The notes beneath the pieces are model-generated. The model had not been told where the DNA came from. It did no database searches and was given only the letters and a program-made list of their open reading frames with translations. A DNA stretch of 47,744 nt from Comamonadaceae bacterium (GTDB lineage: Bacteria; Pseudomonadota; Gammaproteobacteria; Burkholderiales; Burkholderiaceae_C), in the NCBI GenBank assembly GCA_037447395.1, contig JBBIGT010000001.1, forward strand, positions 1 to 47,744. Direction: 5' to 3'. A program made the position numbers and the translations under genes. Positions 19,458 to 29,022 of this stretch are shown piece by piece; positions within the stretch are counted from its first letter, which is position 1, and every line of letters begins with the position of its first letter.

Positions 19458-19743
19458 CCCAGAGAGCTTTGAACGCGACATGGCGTGCCAGGAGGTCGAC
19501 TGGCTGCGCTGGTTGTCGGGGGCCATCGGCGACAACTTTTTCAAGTTGCACCCCGGGCGCGCCGGTGTGCGTCTGGGCGACGGGGCGCTGGGCTTGCGCT
19601 GGCAGGTGGCCGAGCCGCGCGTCATCGGTCTGGTGCGCCTGCCGCGGTTGCTGGTGCAGTTTCGCTTTGGCGGCGTCAGTGACGCGGATCGGCAGGCGTT
19701 TATGGCGCGCTTTGACCTCTTTATGCAGCGCGGCGGCGGGTAG
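19450..19743 (+). CDS. Hypothetical protein ending in QRGGG
   Basis: ORF with host-like codon usage: MEYPESFERDMAC...LVRLPRLLVQFRF...FDLFMQRGGG. Confidence 0.75.
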   Translation: MEYPESFERDMACQEVDWLRWLSGAIGDNFFKLHPGRAGVRLGDGALGLRWQVAEPRVIGLVRLPRLLVQFRFGGVSDADRQAFMARFDLFMQRGGG

Positions 19744-19768
19744 GTGTCGGTTAAATAATCGCGAAACT

Positions 19769-19790
19769 GTGCGCATCACTTAATGCGCAT
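19769..19790. promoter_or_regulatory. Paired TGCGCA palindromes, putative antitoxin operator
   Basis: GTGCGCAT-CACTTA-ATGCGCAT directly upstream of the ccdA-like ORF. Confidence 0.5.
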
Positions 19791-19801
19791 TGAAAGTTGC
19801 C

Positions 19802-20143
19802 ATGCCCTGCGTTCAAACAACCGCACCCAAACGCAGCGTGTGGGCTCGCCAGCCCTTAAAAAGAGCCATCAATTTGAGCCTGAGTGCCGGCGTACTCGAT
19901 GCCGCAAGGACACTGGAGCGCAATATCTCGAAGGTGTGCGACACGCACTTGCGTGAACTGGTCACGCAAGAACAGAAGCGTCGCTGGCAACCTGACGCAA
20001 CTCAGCCCAGCGTCAACTTTGACTATGTCAAGCCAGATGACGAAAAAAGCTTGGCAAATTGGTTCCTGCGAGTCGCCCCAAGTCACCGTAAAGCCGCTCG
20101 CAGTCTTGGGTTGCAGGCGATGGGCCGTACCACTCGGTTTTGA
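19802..20143 (+). pseudogene. ccdA: CcdA-family antitoxin, C-terminally truncated/fused; no toxin gene seen
   Basis: KRAINLSLSAGVLDAARTLERNISKVCDTHLRELVTQEQKRRW resembles the CcdA ribbon-helix-helix domain; the sequence afterwards does not resemble CcdA. Confidence 0.65.
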
Positions 20144-20215
20144 CGATGTCACCCATGAAGCCTTCCGCCCATTTTCCCCAGTTGCCCTGGTCAACCTCAC
20201 TCGTCAAGTCGTCAT

Positions 20216-20602
20216 TCAAGCGCCACTTGCGGCAATGAATAAGGTCGCCGTTTTGATGCCTGCCAGCGTCAGCAGCAGCGAGCCAAACAAATGCAACGCG
20301 GCGGTGCCAAAACCCAGCAGGTAGCGCTGCTGGCCGAGCATGCCGACCACCTCCGCAGAAAAACTTGAAAACGTCGTCAGCGCGCCCAGAAAACCGGTAA
20401 TGATGGCCAGCCGCCACGCCGGGTCCAGGTGCGGCAGCGCCTGGAATACGGCCACGGCGATGCCGATCAGGTAGCCGCCGATCCAGTTCGCCGCCAACGT
20501 GCCCAGGGGCAGCGCGACGCCCGGGTTCAGCCAGAGCCCCAAGCTCCAACGGCTCAGGGCGCCCAAGCAGGCGCCGACGCAAATGGCGGCAACAGACATC
20601 AT
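20216..20602 (-). CDS. crcB: Fluoride efflux channel Fluc/CrcB
   Basis: [41 protein letters not shown]. Confidence 0.93.
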   Translation of the reverse strand: MMSVAAICVGACLGALSRWSLGLWLNPGVALPLGTLAANWIGGYLIGIAVAVFQALPHLDPAWRLAIITGFLGALTTFSSFSAEVVGMLGQQRYLLGFGTAALHLFGSLLLTLAGIKTATLFIAASGA

Positions 20603-20639
20603 GATGTTGTGATCATATCGGGCAATGCGTTGTGGGCAC

Positions 20640-20662
20640 AAAAAAACCCGCCGTAGCGGGTT
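20640..20662 (-). terminator. Intrinsic terminator after the comEA-like gene (lies inside the apparent fused ORF)
   Basis: Minus strand AACCCGC-TACG-GCGGGTTTTTTT, near-identical to the ompA terminator. Confidence 0.8.
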
Positions 20663-20684
20663 GCTTGACCGGTGAGGGGGCCTG

Positions 20685-21196
20685 TCACTTGTGGTCGCGC
20701 TGGCCTTGGCGGCTGCCTTGGCAGCGGCCTTTTCTTCCTTGGCTTTTTTGGCGGCTTCGGCTTTGGCGGCTTTTTCGTCAGCCTTGGCTTTCTTGGCCGC
20801 TTCTTTGTCAGCAGCGGCTTGTGCCTTGGTATCGACCTTCATGTCTTTGGTTGCTGCGGCTGCCGCAGCCGGCGCGGCTACTTTTGCATCGGTCTTCTTG
20901 GTGTCTGCCTTTTTAGCCGCAGGTGCCACGCCCTTGAATGTGTCGCCGTTGACGGTCAGGCCTTCGGCTGAGAATTTGGCGGCATTGCCTTCGCCCACGC
21001 CCTTGACGCGATTGACAAAGTCAGTCCAGTCCTTGAAGCTGCCTTTCTTGCGTTCGTCCAGAATCTTGGTTGAAATGCCTGGGCCAATGCCCTTGATGCC
21101 ATCGAGCTCGGCGGCCGTCGCTTTGTTGACATCGACCGCGGCAAAGCAAGCGGCGGCATACAACATGGCCAGGGTGGCCAGAATTTTTTTCAACAT
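20685..21196 (-). CDS. ComEA-family helix-hairpin-helix DNA-binding protein with signal peptide and Lys/Ala-rich tail; expected stop (TGA 20687-20685) is out of frame
   Basis: [12 protein letters not shown] signal, [19 protein letters not shown]...VKGVGE HhH motifs; AGGAG RBS. Confidence 0.85.
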
Positions 21197-21337
21197 GGGT
21201 GTTTCTCCTGAAGGGTGAGGGTAAATATGCAATGGCGACCTGAAACAAGGTATTCAAGCCGAAGCGCTTAACGGATGTTCGGGCAGCAGGTTGACGGGCA
21301 GCGTGACATATTGTTGTCAGCGCTGCATTTGGGCGGA

Positions 21338-22357
21338 CTAAACCTGCCGTGCCAGCCAAGCAACATAGCTGGCCGCACCGGTTTGGACATCGGCAAAAGT
21401 GTGGTCGCAGCCGGTGGCGCGCAACGCAGTGAGGTCGGCTTGTGTGTAGCACTGGTATTTGCCGCGCAGCGCGTCGGGGAACGGCACGTATTCCAGCAGA
21501 CCTTGCGCGACCAGTTGTTCCAGCGACAAGGGCGCCTGGCCGGCCAGCGCGCGCAGCGCGTTGACGGTGCTGCTGGCCACGTCGTTGAACGGCTGCGCCC
21601 GGCCGGTGCCCAGGTTGAAGATGCCGGAGACGCCAGGGTGGTCAAAGAACCACAGGTTGACCGCGACGACGTCGTCAACAAAGACAAAGTCGCGCAGCTG
21701 CGCACCGGGGCCGTAGCCACCGTAGTCGGCAAACAGCTTGACTTTGCCGTCGGTTTTGAACTGGTTGAACTGGTGAAAGGCGACGCTGGCCATGCGGCCC
21801 TTGTGTTGCTCGCGCGGGCCGTAGACGTTGAAGTATCTGAAGCCCACCACCTGCATGGTCTTGCCGGCAAACGCGCGTTGAAATTCGTTGCCGCATTCGC
21901 GGCGCATGCGCTGGTCAAACAACAGTTTGGAGTAGCCATAAACATTCAGCGGCCGCTCAAAAGCGGGCTCTTCGCGAAACGTGTCCGAGCCGCCATAAGT
22001 TGCGGCGCTGGAGGCGTAGAGCAGGCGCGCGCCGCGACGCTGGCACGCCTGGTACAACTTGACCGAGGTGGCAAAGTTGTTTTGCATCATGTATTTGCCG
22101 TTCATCTCCATGGTGTCGCTGCAGGCGCCTTCATGGAAGATGGCTTCGACCTGGCCAAAGTCGCCGCCGGCGTAATCGTCGTAGAACACGTCGGCGTCGA
22201 CGTAGTCGGTGATCTGCAGGTCGGCGATGTTGCGGAATTTGTCGCCTTGCGTCAGGTCGTCCACCGCGATGATGTCGGTGATGCCACGGGCGTTGAGGCC
22301 CTTGACGATATTGCTGCCGATAAAGCCGGCGGCGCCGGTGACGACGATACGGGTCAT
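21338..22357 (-). CDS. hldD: ADP-L-glycero-D-manno-heptose 6-epimerase
   Basis: [52 protein letters not shown]. Confidence 0.96.
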   Translation of the reverse strand: MTRIVVTGAAGFIGSNIVKGLNARGITDIIAVDDLTQGDKFRNIADLQITDYVDADVFYDDYAGGDFGQVEAIFHEGACSDTMEMNGKYMMQNNFATSVKLYQACQRRGARLLYASSAATYGGSDTFREEPAFERPLNVYGYSKLLFDQRMRRECGNEFQRAFAGKTMQVVGFRYFNVYGPREQHKGRMASVAFHQFNQFKTDGKVKLFADYGGYGPGAQLRDFVFVDDVVAVNLWFFDHPGVSGIFNLGTGRAQPFNDVASSTVNALRALAGQAPLSLEQLVAQGLLEYVPFPDALRGKYQCYTQADLTALRATGCDHTFADVQTGAASYVAWLARQV

Positions 22358-23283
22358 GCAAACAACTCCTCGTAAGAAACGGTGGCGGTACCAAACTTGC
22401 CGACGACGATGCCGCCGGCGCGGTTGGCCAGCGGCATTGCCTGGCGCAGACTTAAACCCGCGGCGACCATGGCCGCCAGCGTGGCGATGACGGTGTCGCC
22501 AGCGCCGGTCACATCAAACACCTCGCGCGCCTGGGCGCTGACGCTGACTTGACCGGCGTCGTCAAACAGCGTCATGCCTTCCTCGCTGCGCGTCAGCAGG
22601 ATGGCGCCGATGTGGTGTTGCTGGCGCAAGGCCTGGACCTTGGCTTGCAGCTCGTCTTCACTTTGCCAGGCGCCAATCACCTGTTGCAGCTCGGCGCGGT
22701 TGGGGGTGATGACGCTCGCGCCCTGGTAGCGCGTGTAGTCGCTGCCCTTGGGGTCGACGAAGATCGGCACGGCGGCGGCGCGCGCGCGGGCGATCATGTC
22801 GGGGATGTGCGCCAGCCCGCCTTTGCCGTAGTCAGAGAACAGCACCGCCTGGTGCTGCGGCAGCAGGCGGGTGAACGTGGCGGTTTGCGAGGCCAGCACC
22901 TCGGTGCGCGGCGTGTTCTCAAAGTCCATGCGCAGCAATTGCTGCTGGCGGCCAATGACGCGCAGCTTGACGGTGGTCTTCAGGTCGGCGTCGCGGCCAA
23001 AGTAAGTCTGGATACCGGTGTTGGCGACCAGCGCCTCGAGCTTGTGGCTGGCCTCGTCTTCGCCGACCACGGTCAGCAGGCTGGCCTGCGCGCCCAGCGT
23101 GAGTACGTTGTAGGCGACGTTGGCGGCGCCACCGTTGCGCTCTTCTTCGCGCGTGACGCGCACCACCGGCACGGGGGCCTCGGGGCTGATGCGATCGACC
23201 GCGCCGTACCAGTAGCGGTCGAGCATGACGTCGCCGACGACCAGCACGCGGGCGGTGGCCAGGGTTAGTTTGGAAATACTCAT
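22354..23283 (-). CDS. hldA: D-glycero-beta-D-manno-heptose-7-phosphate kinase (RfaE1/HldA)
   Basis: [39 protein letters not shown]; no adenylyltransferase domain. Confidence 0.93.
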   Translation of the reverse strand: MSISKLTLATARVLVVGDVMLDRYWYGAVDRISPEAPVPVVRVTREEERNGGAANVAYNVLTLGAQASLLTVVGEDEASHKLEALVANTGIQTYFGRDADLKTTVKLRVIGRQQQLLRMDFENTPRTEVLASQTATFTRLLPQHQAVLFSDYGKGGLAHIPDMIARARAAAVPIFVDPKGSDYTRYQGASVITPNRAELQQVIGAWQSEDELQAKVQALRQQHHIGAILLTRSEEGMTLFDDAGQVSVSAQAREVFDVTGAGDTVIATLAAMVAAGLSLRQAMPLANRAGGIVVGKFGTATVSYEELFA

Positions 23284-24431
23284 AGTTCTTCGACCCGTTT
23301 GGCCGGGTAACTGTCCCAGGTCTGACAACCCGGGCACTGCCAAAAATGTTGGTTGGCGGTAAAACCGCAAGAGGCGCAGCGGTACTTCAGCAAGGGCGTG
23401 ACCGCATGATCGAGCGCGCGCTGCACCATCGGGTGGAATTGCTCGTGTTCGAGCTTTTCCTGGGCAATCCAGCGCGTGGCCGCGACCAGCGAGGGCTCGC
23501 GCGCCAGATGCTGGGCGTAGAGCTCGCGCTCGCTCAAGGCGGTGTTGCCGTTGGCCAGCCGCGCCAGGGCAACCAGCACGTCGAGCGACGGCGCTTGCGC
23601 GTACAGCGCCTGCAGCCGGGAAAAGGCCGTGGCCGTGGCGCCCACCTGCAAGCTGAGGTCGGCCAGCGGCGCGGCGACCAGCGCCGCGGCCGTGGGCGCG
23701 GCGTCCAGGGCGTCGAGTAGCGTTTGCTGCGCCGCCGGCGCGTCGCCCTGCGCCTGTTGCAGCTGCGCCAGGGCGATGCGCGGGCGCGGCGCGTCGGGCG
23801 CTTGGGCGATGGCGCGGGCCAAAAAACTGCGCGCCGCGTCGAACTGGCCGGCCGCTTGGGCGCTGGCGGCCTGCTCGCACAGGTAATGCGCCAGGCGCGG
23901 GCTGAAGGTGCCCGGCGCCGCCTGGTCGAGTTTGCTGGCCACGTCGGCGGCGAGTAGCCAGTCGCGGCTACGCTCGTAGTTGGCCAGCAGCGCCAGCCGG
24001 GCTTCGTGCTCAAAGGCCGTGCCTTCGAGCTTGCGCAGCGCGTCTTCGGCGCGGTCGAGCAGACCGGCCTTGAGAAAGTCCAGCGCCAGCGCATGTTGTG
24101 CCCGGTGGCGGTCTTTGGCGCTCAGGTCGCCGCGTGACAGCAGGTGCTCGTGCACGCGCACGGCCCGCTCGTACTCACCGCGGCGGCGAAACAGGTTGCC
24201 CAGGGCAAAGTGCAGCTCCGAGGTGTCGGGGTCGCTCTGCACCGCTTCGATGAAGGCGTCGATGGCTTGGTCTTGCTGCTCGTTGAGCAGATAGTTCAGA
24301 CCCCTGAAATAGGCCTTGGGCGCTTGGCGGTCTTCCAGACGGATTTGCCGCAAGTCAAAGCGCGAGGCCAGCCAGCCTAGCGCAAAGGCCAGTGGCAGGC
24401 CGAGCAAAATCCAGCCGAGATTAAAGTCCAT
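23280..24431 (-). CDS. lapB: Lipopolysaccharide assembly protein B
   Basis: YFRGLNYLLNEQQDQAIDAF, TPR repeats, C-terminal CASCGF...WQCPGC rubredoxin motif. Confidence 0.95.
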   Translation of the reverse strand: MDFNLGWILLGLPLAFALGWLASRFDLRQIRLEDRQAPKAYFRGLNYLLNEQQDQAIDAFIEAVQSDPDTSELHFALGNLFRRRGEYERAVRVHEHLLSRGDLSAKDRHRAQHALALDFLKAGLLDRAEDALRKLEGTAFEHEARLALLANYERSRDWLLAADVASKLDQAAPGTFSPRLAHYLCEQAASAQAAGQFDAARSFLARAIAQAPDAPRPRIALAQLQQAQGDAPAAQQTLLDALDAAPTAAALVAAPLADLSLQVGATATAFSRLQALYAQAPSLDVLVALARLANGNTALSERELYAQHLAREPSLVAATRWIAQEKLEHEQFHPMVQRALDHAVTPLLKYRCASCGFTANQHFWQCPGCQTWDSYPAKRVEEL

Positions 24432-24735
24432 CGCTGTAGGCCGGTTGCGTGGCTGGCGCGGCGGTAGCGTTGCCGTCTGGGTTGGCGCCGGCCGGGTTAG
24501 TGGCGCTGGGCGTGGGTGGGCGTTGGCTCAGGCGCCACGGCACCATGCCAACGACGCCGATGGCCACGCCAGCGGCAAAGGCGATCAACACCACCAGCAC
24601 CTGCGGCGCCTGCCAATGCTGGCCAAAGAAAAAGTGCACGGTGACGGTCTGCTGGTTATTCAGCGCAAAGGCAAACAGCGTAAAGAAGACGGCGGCCTTG
24701 AGTAACCACTTGAGTAACCAGAGAATGTTCTTCAT
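24421..24735 (-). CDS. lapA: LapA-family inner membrane protein
   Basis: FALNNQQTVTVHFF, two TM segments; between ihfB and lapB. Confidence 0.85.
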   Translation of the reverse strand: MKNILWLLKWLLKAAVFFTLFAFALNNQQTVTVHFFFGQHWQAPQVLVVLIAFAAGVAIGVVGMVPWRLSQRPPTPSATNPAGANPDGNATAAPATQPAYSDGL

Positions 24736-24821
24736 GGCGGTGTGGGGGCGTCGCAAAAATTTTAATTGTCAGTGGCGCGTTCGACGCGCGCCTGGAGCAT
24801 GGAGGTCTGTCCGCTGCTGCG

Positions 24822-25133
24822 TCAGGCCGACGGCTGCTGCAGCAATTCTTGTGTGCGTCGGTCGACGGCTTCGCGCAGCGCCTTGCCCGGTTTGAAGTGC
24901 GGCACGCGTTTTTCCGGGATCGCCACGCTTTCGCCACTGCGCGGATTGCGCCCCTGGCGCGGCGCACGGTAGTTGACCGAGAAGCTGCCAAAGCCGCGCA
25001 CCTCGATGCGGTGGCCGCGCGCCAGCGCTTCGTTCATCGCGTCGAGAATGGTTTTGACGGCAAACTCGGCGTCGCGCTGCGTCAGCTGACCAAAGCGGGC
25101 GGCGAGTTCTTCGACCAGGTCTGAGCGGGTCAT
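24822..25133 (-). CDS. ihfB: Integration host factor beta
   Basis: MTRSDLVE...[10 protein letters not shown]...GRNPRSGE...[11 protein letters not shown]. Confidence 0.97.
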   Translation of the reverse strand: MTRSDLVEELAARFGQLTQRDAEFAVKTILDAMNEALARGHRIEVRGFGSFSVNYRAPRQGRNPRSGESVAIPEKRVPHFKPGKALREAVDRRTQELLQQPSA

Positions 25134-25154
25134 GTCGGTACCTCTTGGGAGAGC

Positions 25155-25193
25155 AAAAAAACGACCGGTGAATGCAGGGCACGCACCGGTCGT
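25155..25193 (-). terminator. Terminator/attenuator between rpsA and ihfB
   Basis: ACGACCGGTG...CACCGGTCGT stem followed by a T run on the minus strand. Confidence 0.75.
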
Positions 25194-25215
25194 CCGATTT
25201 GTCAGGCGGTCAAGC

Positions 25216-26895
25216 TCAGTTGTTGTCCAACTTGGCGCGCAGCAGGGCACCCAGGCTGGTGGTGCCAGCGTTTTCACGGGACGACTGTTGGCTCAAACTG
25301 GCCATGGCTTCGCTCTGGTCGGCGGCGTCCTTGGCCTTGACCGACAACTGGATGTTGCGCGCCTTGCGGTCAACGTTGACGACAACGGCGGTGACCTCGT
25401 CGCCGACCTTCAGCACGTTGCGCGCGTCTTCGACGCGGTCACGGCTGATCTCAGAGGCACGCAGGTAACCGACCACGTCTTCACCCAGGTCGATCTCGGC
25501 GCCACGGGCGTCGACGGTCTTGACCTTGCCGCTGACCACGGCACCCTTGTCGTTAATCGACGCGAAGGTGCTGAACGGGTCGCCGTCGAGCTGCTTGATG
25601 CCCAGCGAGATGCGTTCGCGGTCGACGTCGATGGCCAGCACGATGGCTTCCACTTCCTGGCCCTTCTTGTACTCGCGCACGGCTTGTTCGCCGGGTTCGT
25701 TCCACGACAGATCAGACAGGTGCACCAGACCGTCGATGCCGGCGGCCAGGCCGACGAACACACCAAAGTCGGTAATCGATTTGATCGGGCCCTTGACGCG
25801 GTCACCGCGCTTGGTGTTTTGCGCAAACTCTTGCCACGGGTTGGCCTTGCATTGCTTCATGCCCAAGCTGATGCGGCGCTTGTCTTCGTCGATGTCGAGC
25901 ACCATGACTTCGACTTCGTCGCCCAGGGCAACGATCTTGGCCGGCGCGACGTTCTTGTTGGTCCAGTCCATTTCAGAGACGTGCACCAGGCCTTCGATGC
26001 CGGGTTCGAGTTCGACAAACGCGCCGTAGTCGGCAATGTTGGTGATCTTGCCAAACATGCGCGTGCCTTGCGGATAGCGGCGGTTGACGCCCATCCACGG
26101 GTCGTCGCCCATCTGCTTGAGACCCAGTGACACGCGGTTTTTCTCGGTGTCGAACTTGAGGATCTTGGCGGTGATTTCCTGACCGGCGGTGACCACTTCG
26201 GACGGATGACGCACGCGGCGCCAGGCCATGTCGGTGATGTGCAGCAGGCCGTCGATGCCACCGAGGTCGACGAAGGCGCCGTACTCGGTGATGTTCTTGA
26301 CCACGCCTTGGACGATGGCGCCTTCGCGCAGCGTTTCCATCAGCTTGGCGCGCTCTTCGCCCATGGAGGCTTCGACCACGGCGCGGCGGCTCAGCACCAC
26401 GTTGTTGCGCTTGCGGTCGAGCTTGATGACCTTGAATTCCAAGGTCTTGTTCTCATACGGTGACAGGTCTTTGGTGGGGCGCGTGTCGACCAGCGAACCG
26501 GGCAGGAAAGCGCGGATGCCGTTGACCAGCACGGTCAGACCACCCTTGACCTTGCCGCTGGTGGTGCCGGTGACGAAGTCGCCGGTTTCCAGCGCTTTTT
26601 CCAGGCTCATCCACGACGCCAGGCGTTTGGCGGTGTCGCGGCTCAGAATGGTGTCGCCGTAGCCGTTCTCGATCGAGCCGATGGCCACCGAGACGAAGTC
26701 GCCAACCTGGACTTCGATTTCACCCTGATCGTTCTTGAACTCTTCCAGCGGCACGTAGGCTTCAGACTTCAGGCCGGCGTTGACGACGACGAAGCTGTGG
26801 TCGATGCGCACGACTTCGGCGGTAATGACCTCGCCGGGGCGCATTTCGGTGCGTTGCAGGGATTCCTCAAACAGGGCGGCAAAAGATTCAGACAT
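25216..26895 (-). CDS. rpsA: 30S ribosomal protein S1
   Basis: [12 protein letters not shown]; repeated S1 domains (YGAFV..G..GLLHI). Confidence 0.98.
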   Translation of the reverse strand: MSESFAALFEESLQRTEMRPGEVITAEVVRIDHSFVVVNAGLKSEAYVPLEEFKNDQGEIEVQVGDFVSVAIGSIENGYGDTILSRDTAKRLASWMSLEKALETGDFVTGTTSGKVKGGLTVLVNGIRAFLPGSLVDTRPTKDLSPYENKTLEFKVIKLDRKRNNVVLSRRAVVEASMGEERAKLMETLREGAIVQGVVKNITEYGAFVDLGGIDGLLHITDMAWRRVRHPSEVVTAGQEITAKILKFDTEKNRVSLGLKQMGDDPWMGVNRRYPQGTRMFGKITNIADYGAFVELEPGIEGLVHVSEMDWTNKNVAPAKIVALGDEVEVMVLDIDEDKRRISLGMKQCKANPWQEFAQNTKRGDRVKGPIKSITDFGVFVGLAAGIDGLVHLSDLSWNEPGEQAVREYKKGQEVEAIVLAIDVDRERISLGIKQLDGDPFSTFASINDKGAVVSGKVKTVDARGAEIDLGEDVVGYLRASEISRDRVEDARNVLKVGDEVTAVVVNVDRKARNIQLSVKAKDAADQSEAMASLSQQSSRENAGTTSLGALLRAKLDNN

Positions 26896-27028
26896 GGTGT
26901 GATGCGGTGTGAGCCGCAGGTTAAATCACGGTTTGACCCGTGGGGTTACGTTGTGGTGAACCGCGCCTGAGGCGCATCGTTGCGATGCAGTGAGTCGGGT
27001 GCGGGCCGGGTTCCTGGGGCTTGCGCCC

Positions 27029-29020
27029 TCAGGTTGTGCCTTGCCACCAGCGCAACACCTGATCAACCGATTGCTCAACCGTTAGTTCAGAGTTGTCCAG
27101 CAGCTTGGCGTCTACGGCAGCTTGCAGGGGCGCGGCGCTGCGCGACGTGTCGCGCGCATCACGCGCCTGCAGGTCTGCGCGAAGGGACGCGAGTGTAGTC
27201 GAAATTCCCTTTGAAATCAACTGCTTGTAGCGGCGATTTGCCCGCTGCTCGGCGCTGGCGGTCAAAAACACCTTGAGCCGCGCGTGCGCAAAGATCACTG
27301 TGCCCATGTCGCGCCCGTCGGCGACCAGCCCGGGCAGGCGGCGAAAGCGGTGTTGCAGGCCGACCAGCGCGGCGCGCACCGCCGGCAGCGCCGAGATACG
27401 CGAGGCGTTCATGCCGCATTCTTCGCTGCGGATGGCGTCGGTAATGTCCTCGCCTGCCAACCGGACCCGGTCGCCGTCAAACGCGATCGGCAAGCCTGCG
27501 GCCAGACGGGCGATGGCCGCTGCACCGCTGGCGTCCAGCGGCAATTGCGCGCGCGCCGCGGCCAGGGCGGTGATGCGGTAGAGCGCGCCGGAATCGAGCA
27601 GGTGGTAGCCCAAGCGCGCGGCCACTGCCGCCGCCAGCGTGCCCTTGCCCGAGGCGGTCGGGCCGTCAATGCACAGCACCGGAATCGCCTCTGCCGGTGT
27701 CTGTACCACGGAAAACAGCGTCTCGAAATAGTCGGGGAAGGTTTTGGCGACGCACTTGGGGTCGTTGATGCGGATGGTGCGCTGGGCCGGGTTGAACGCT
27801 GCCAGCGCAAAACACATGGCCATGCGGTGGTCGTCGTAGGTGTTGATCGTCGCGGCGCGCCAATCCACCGTGTGCGCGGGCGGCGTGATACGGATGAAGT
27901 CGGCGCCTTCGTCGACGCTGGCGCCGAGCTTGCGCAGCTCGCAGGCCATCGCCGCCAGTCGATCGGTTTCCTTGACGCGCCAGCTGGCGATGTTGCGCAA
28001 GGTGCTCGGGCCGTCGGCGTACAGCGCCATCAGCGCCAGTGTCATGGCGGCGTCGGGGATGTGGTTGCAGTCCAGGTCGATGGCCTTGAGTGGCCAGTCG
28101 CCCTGGCAGATTTCCAGCCAATTGGCACCGCTGCTGATGCGCGCGCCCATGGCGCGGGCGGCGTCGATGAAGCGGATGTCGCCTTGAATGGAATCGGCAC
28201 CAACACCCAAAAGCTTGATGCTATTTTTGCCATTAGCCCATGCGGCGATTGCGCCAGCAGCTATAAAATAACTAGCACTTGAGGCGTCGGCCTCGATGTG
28301 GATTTCGCCTGGCGATTGCAGCGCACTGCCCTTGGGAATGGTGAATCGCTGCCAGCCCTGGCGCTGCACGCCGACGCCAAAGCGCTGCAACAGTTTGAGC
28401 GTGATGTCGATGTAGGGGCGCGAGATCAGCTCGCCGATGACGTCGATCTGGATGTCTTGTCGGGCCACCAGCGGCAGCGCCATCAACAAGGCGGTGAGGA
28501 ACTGGCTTGACACGTCGCCGCGCACCTGGATCGGCGCGCTGATCTGCAACTGCGCCTGACCGATGTGCAGCGGCGGGTAGCCGATTTGGCCGAGGTAGTC
28601 GACCTGGCAACCGAGTTGCCTGAGCGCGTCGACCAGGTCGCCGATTGGGCGCTCGTGCATGCGCGGCACACCGCGCAGTTCGAAGTCACCGCCGAGCACC
28701 GCCAACGCCGCGGTCAACGGGCGAATCGCCGTGCCGGCGTTGCCCATGAATAGCTGCGCCTGGCGCACCGGTAGTTGACCGCCCAAGCCGTCGATGGTGA
28801 CGGTGTGGCCGGCCTTGGCGACGCCACAGCCCAGCGCCGCCAGCGCGTCGAGCATGACGCGGGTGTCGTCCGAGTCGAGCACGTCGTGTACGGTGGTGCG
28901 ACCCTGACACAGCGCCGCCAACAGCAGCACGCGGTTGGAGATGCTTTTGGAGCCGGGCAGGGTGACGCAGCCGTTGGCCGCCTGCAGTGATGGCAGGTCG
29001 AGAAATTCGGTGGCAAACAT
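27029..29020 (-). CDS. aroA: Bifunctional EPSP synthase / cytidylate kinase
   Basis: [41 protein letters not shown], then [25 protein letters not shown] (Cmk). Confidence 0.96.
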   Translation of the reverse strand: MFATEFLDLPSLQAANGCVTLPGSKSISNRVLLLAALCQGRTTVHDVLDSDDTRVMLDALAALGCGVAKAGHTVTIDGLGGQLPVRQAQLFMGNAGTAIRPLTAALAVLGGDFELRGVPRMHERPIGDLVDALRQLGCQVDYLGQIGYPPLHIGQAQLQISAPIQVRGDVSSQFLTALLMALPLVARQDIQIDVIGELISRPYIDITLKLLQRFGVGVQRQGWQRFTIPKGSALQSPGEIHIEADASSASYFIAAGAIAAWANGKNSIKLLGVGADSIQGDIRFIDAARAMGARISSGANWLEICQGDWPLKAIDLDCNHIPDAAMTLALMALYADGPSTLRNIASWRVKETDRLAAMACELRKLGASVDEGADFIRITPPAHTVDWRAATINTYDDHRMAMCFALAAFNPAQRTIRINDPKCVAKTFPDYFETLFSVVQTPAEAIPVLCIDGPTASGKGTLAAAVAARLGYHLLDSGALYRITALAAARAQLPLDASGAAAIARLAAGLPIAFDGDRVRLAGEDITDAIRSEECGMNASRISALPAVRAALVGLQHRFRRLPGLVADGRDMGTVIFAHARLKVFLTASAEQRANRRYKQLISKGISTTLASLRADLQARDARDTSRSAAPLQAAVDAKLLDNSELTVEQSVDQVLRWWQGTT
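27192..27227 (-). promoter_or_regulatory. Putative rpsA promoter inside cmk (TTGATT-N17-TACACT) overlapped by an IHF consensus site
   Basis: -35 at 27220-27215, -10 at 27197-27192; plus-strand AATCAACTGCTTG (27215-27227) matches WATCAANNNNTTR. Confidence 0.6.
28214..28277 (+). repeat. Dispersed motif, copy 5 (inside aroA, antisense to the gene)
   Basis: Core 28234-28277: TAGCCC ATGCGGCGATT GCGC CAGC AGCTAT AAAATAA CTAGCA. Confidence 0.85.
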
Positions 29021-29022
29021 GG

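Noticed and set aside
20603-20690. Fluoride riboswitch upstream of crcB
   Set aside because: No GGCGATGG...-type aptamer consensus is visible; the hairpin present is an ordinary terminator.
24698-24720. TTGAGTAACCA direct repeat in lapA
   Set aside because: Two copies encoding WLLK-WLLK; too short to interpret.
27029-29020. aroA-cmk fusion as a novelty
   Set aside because: To my knowledge this fusion is common in Comamonadaceae; both domains look intact.
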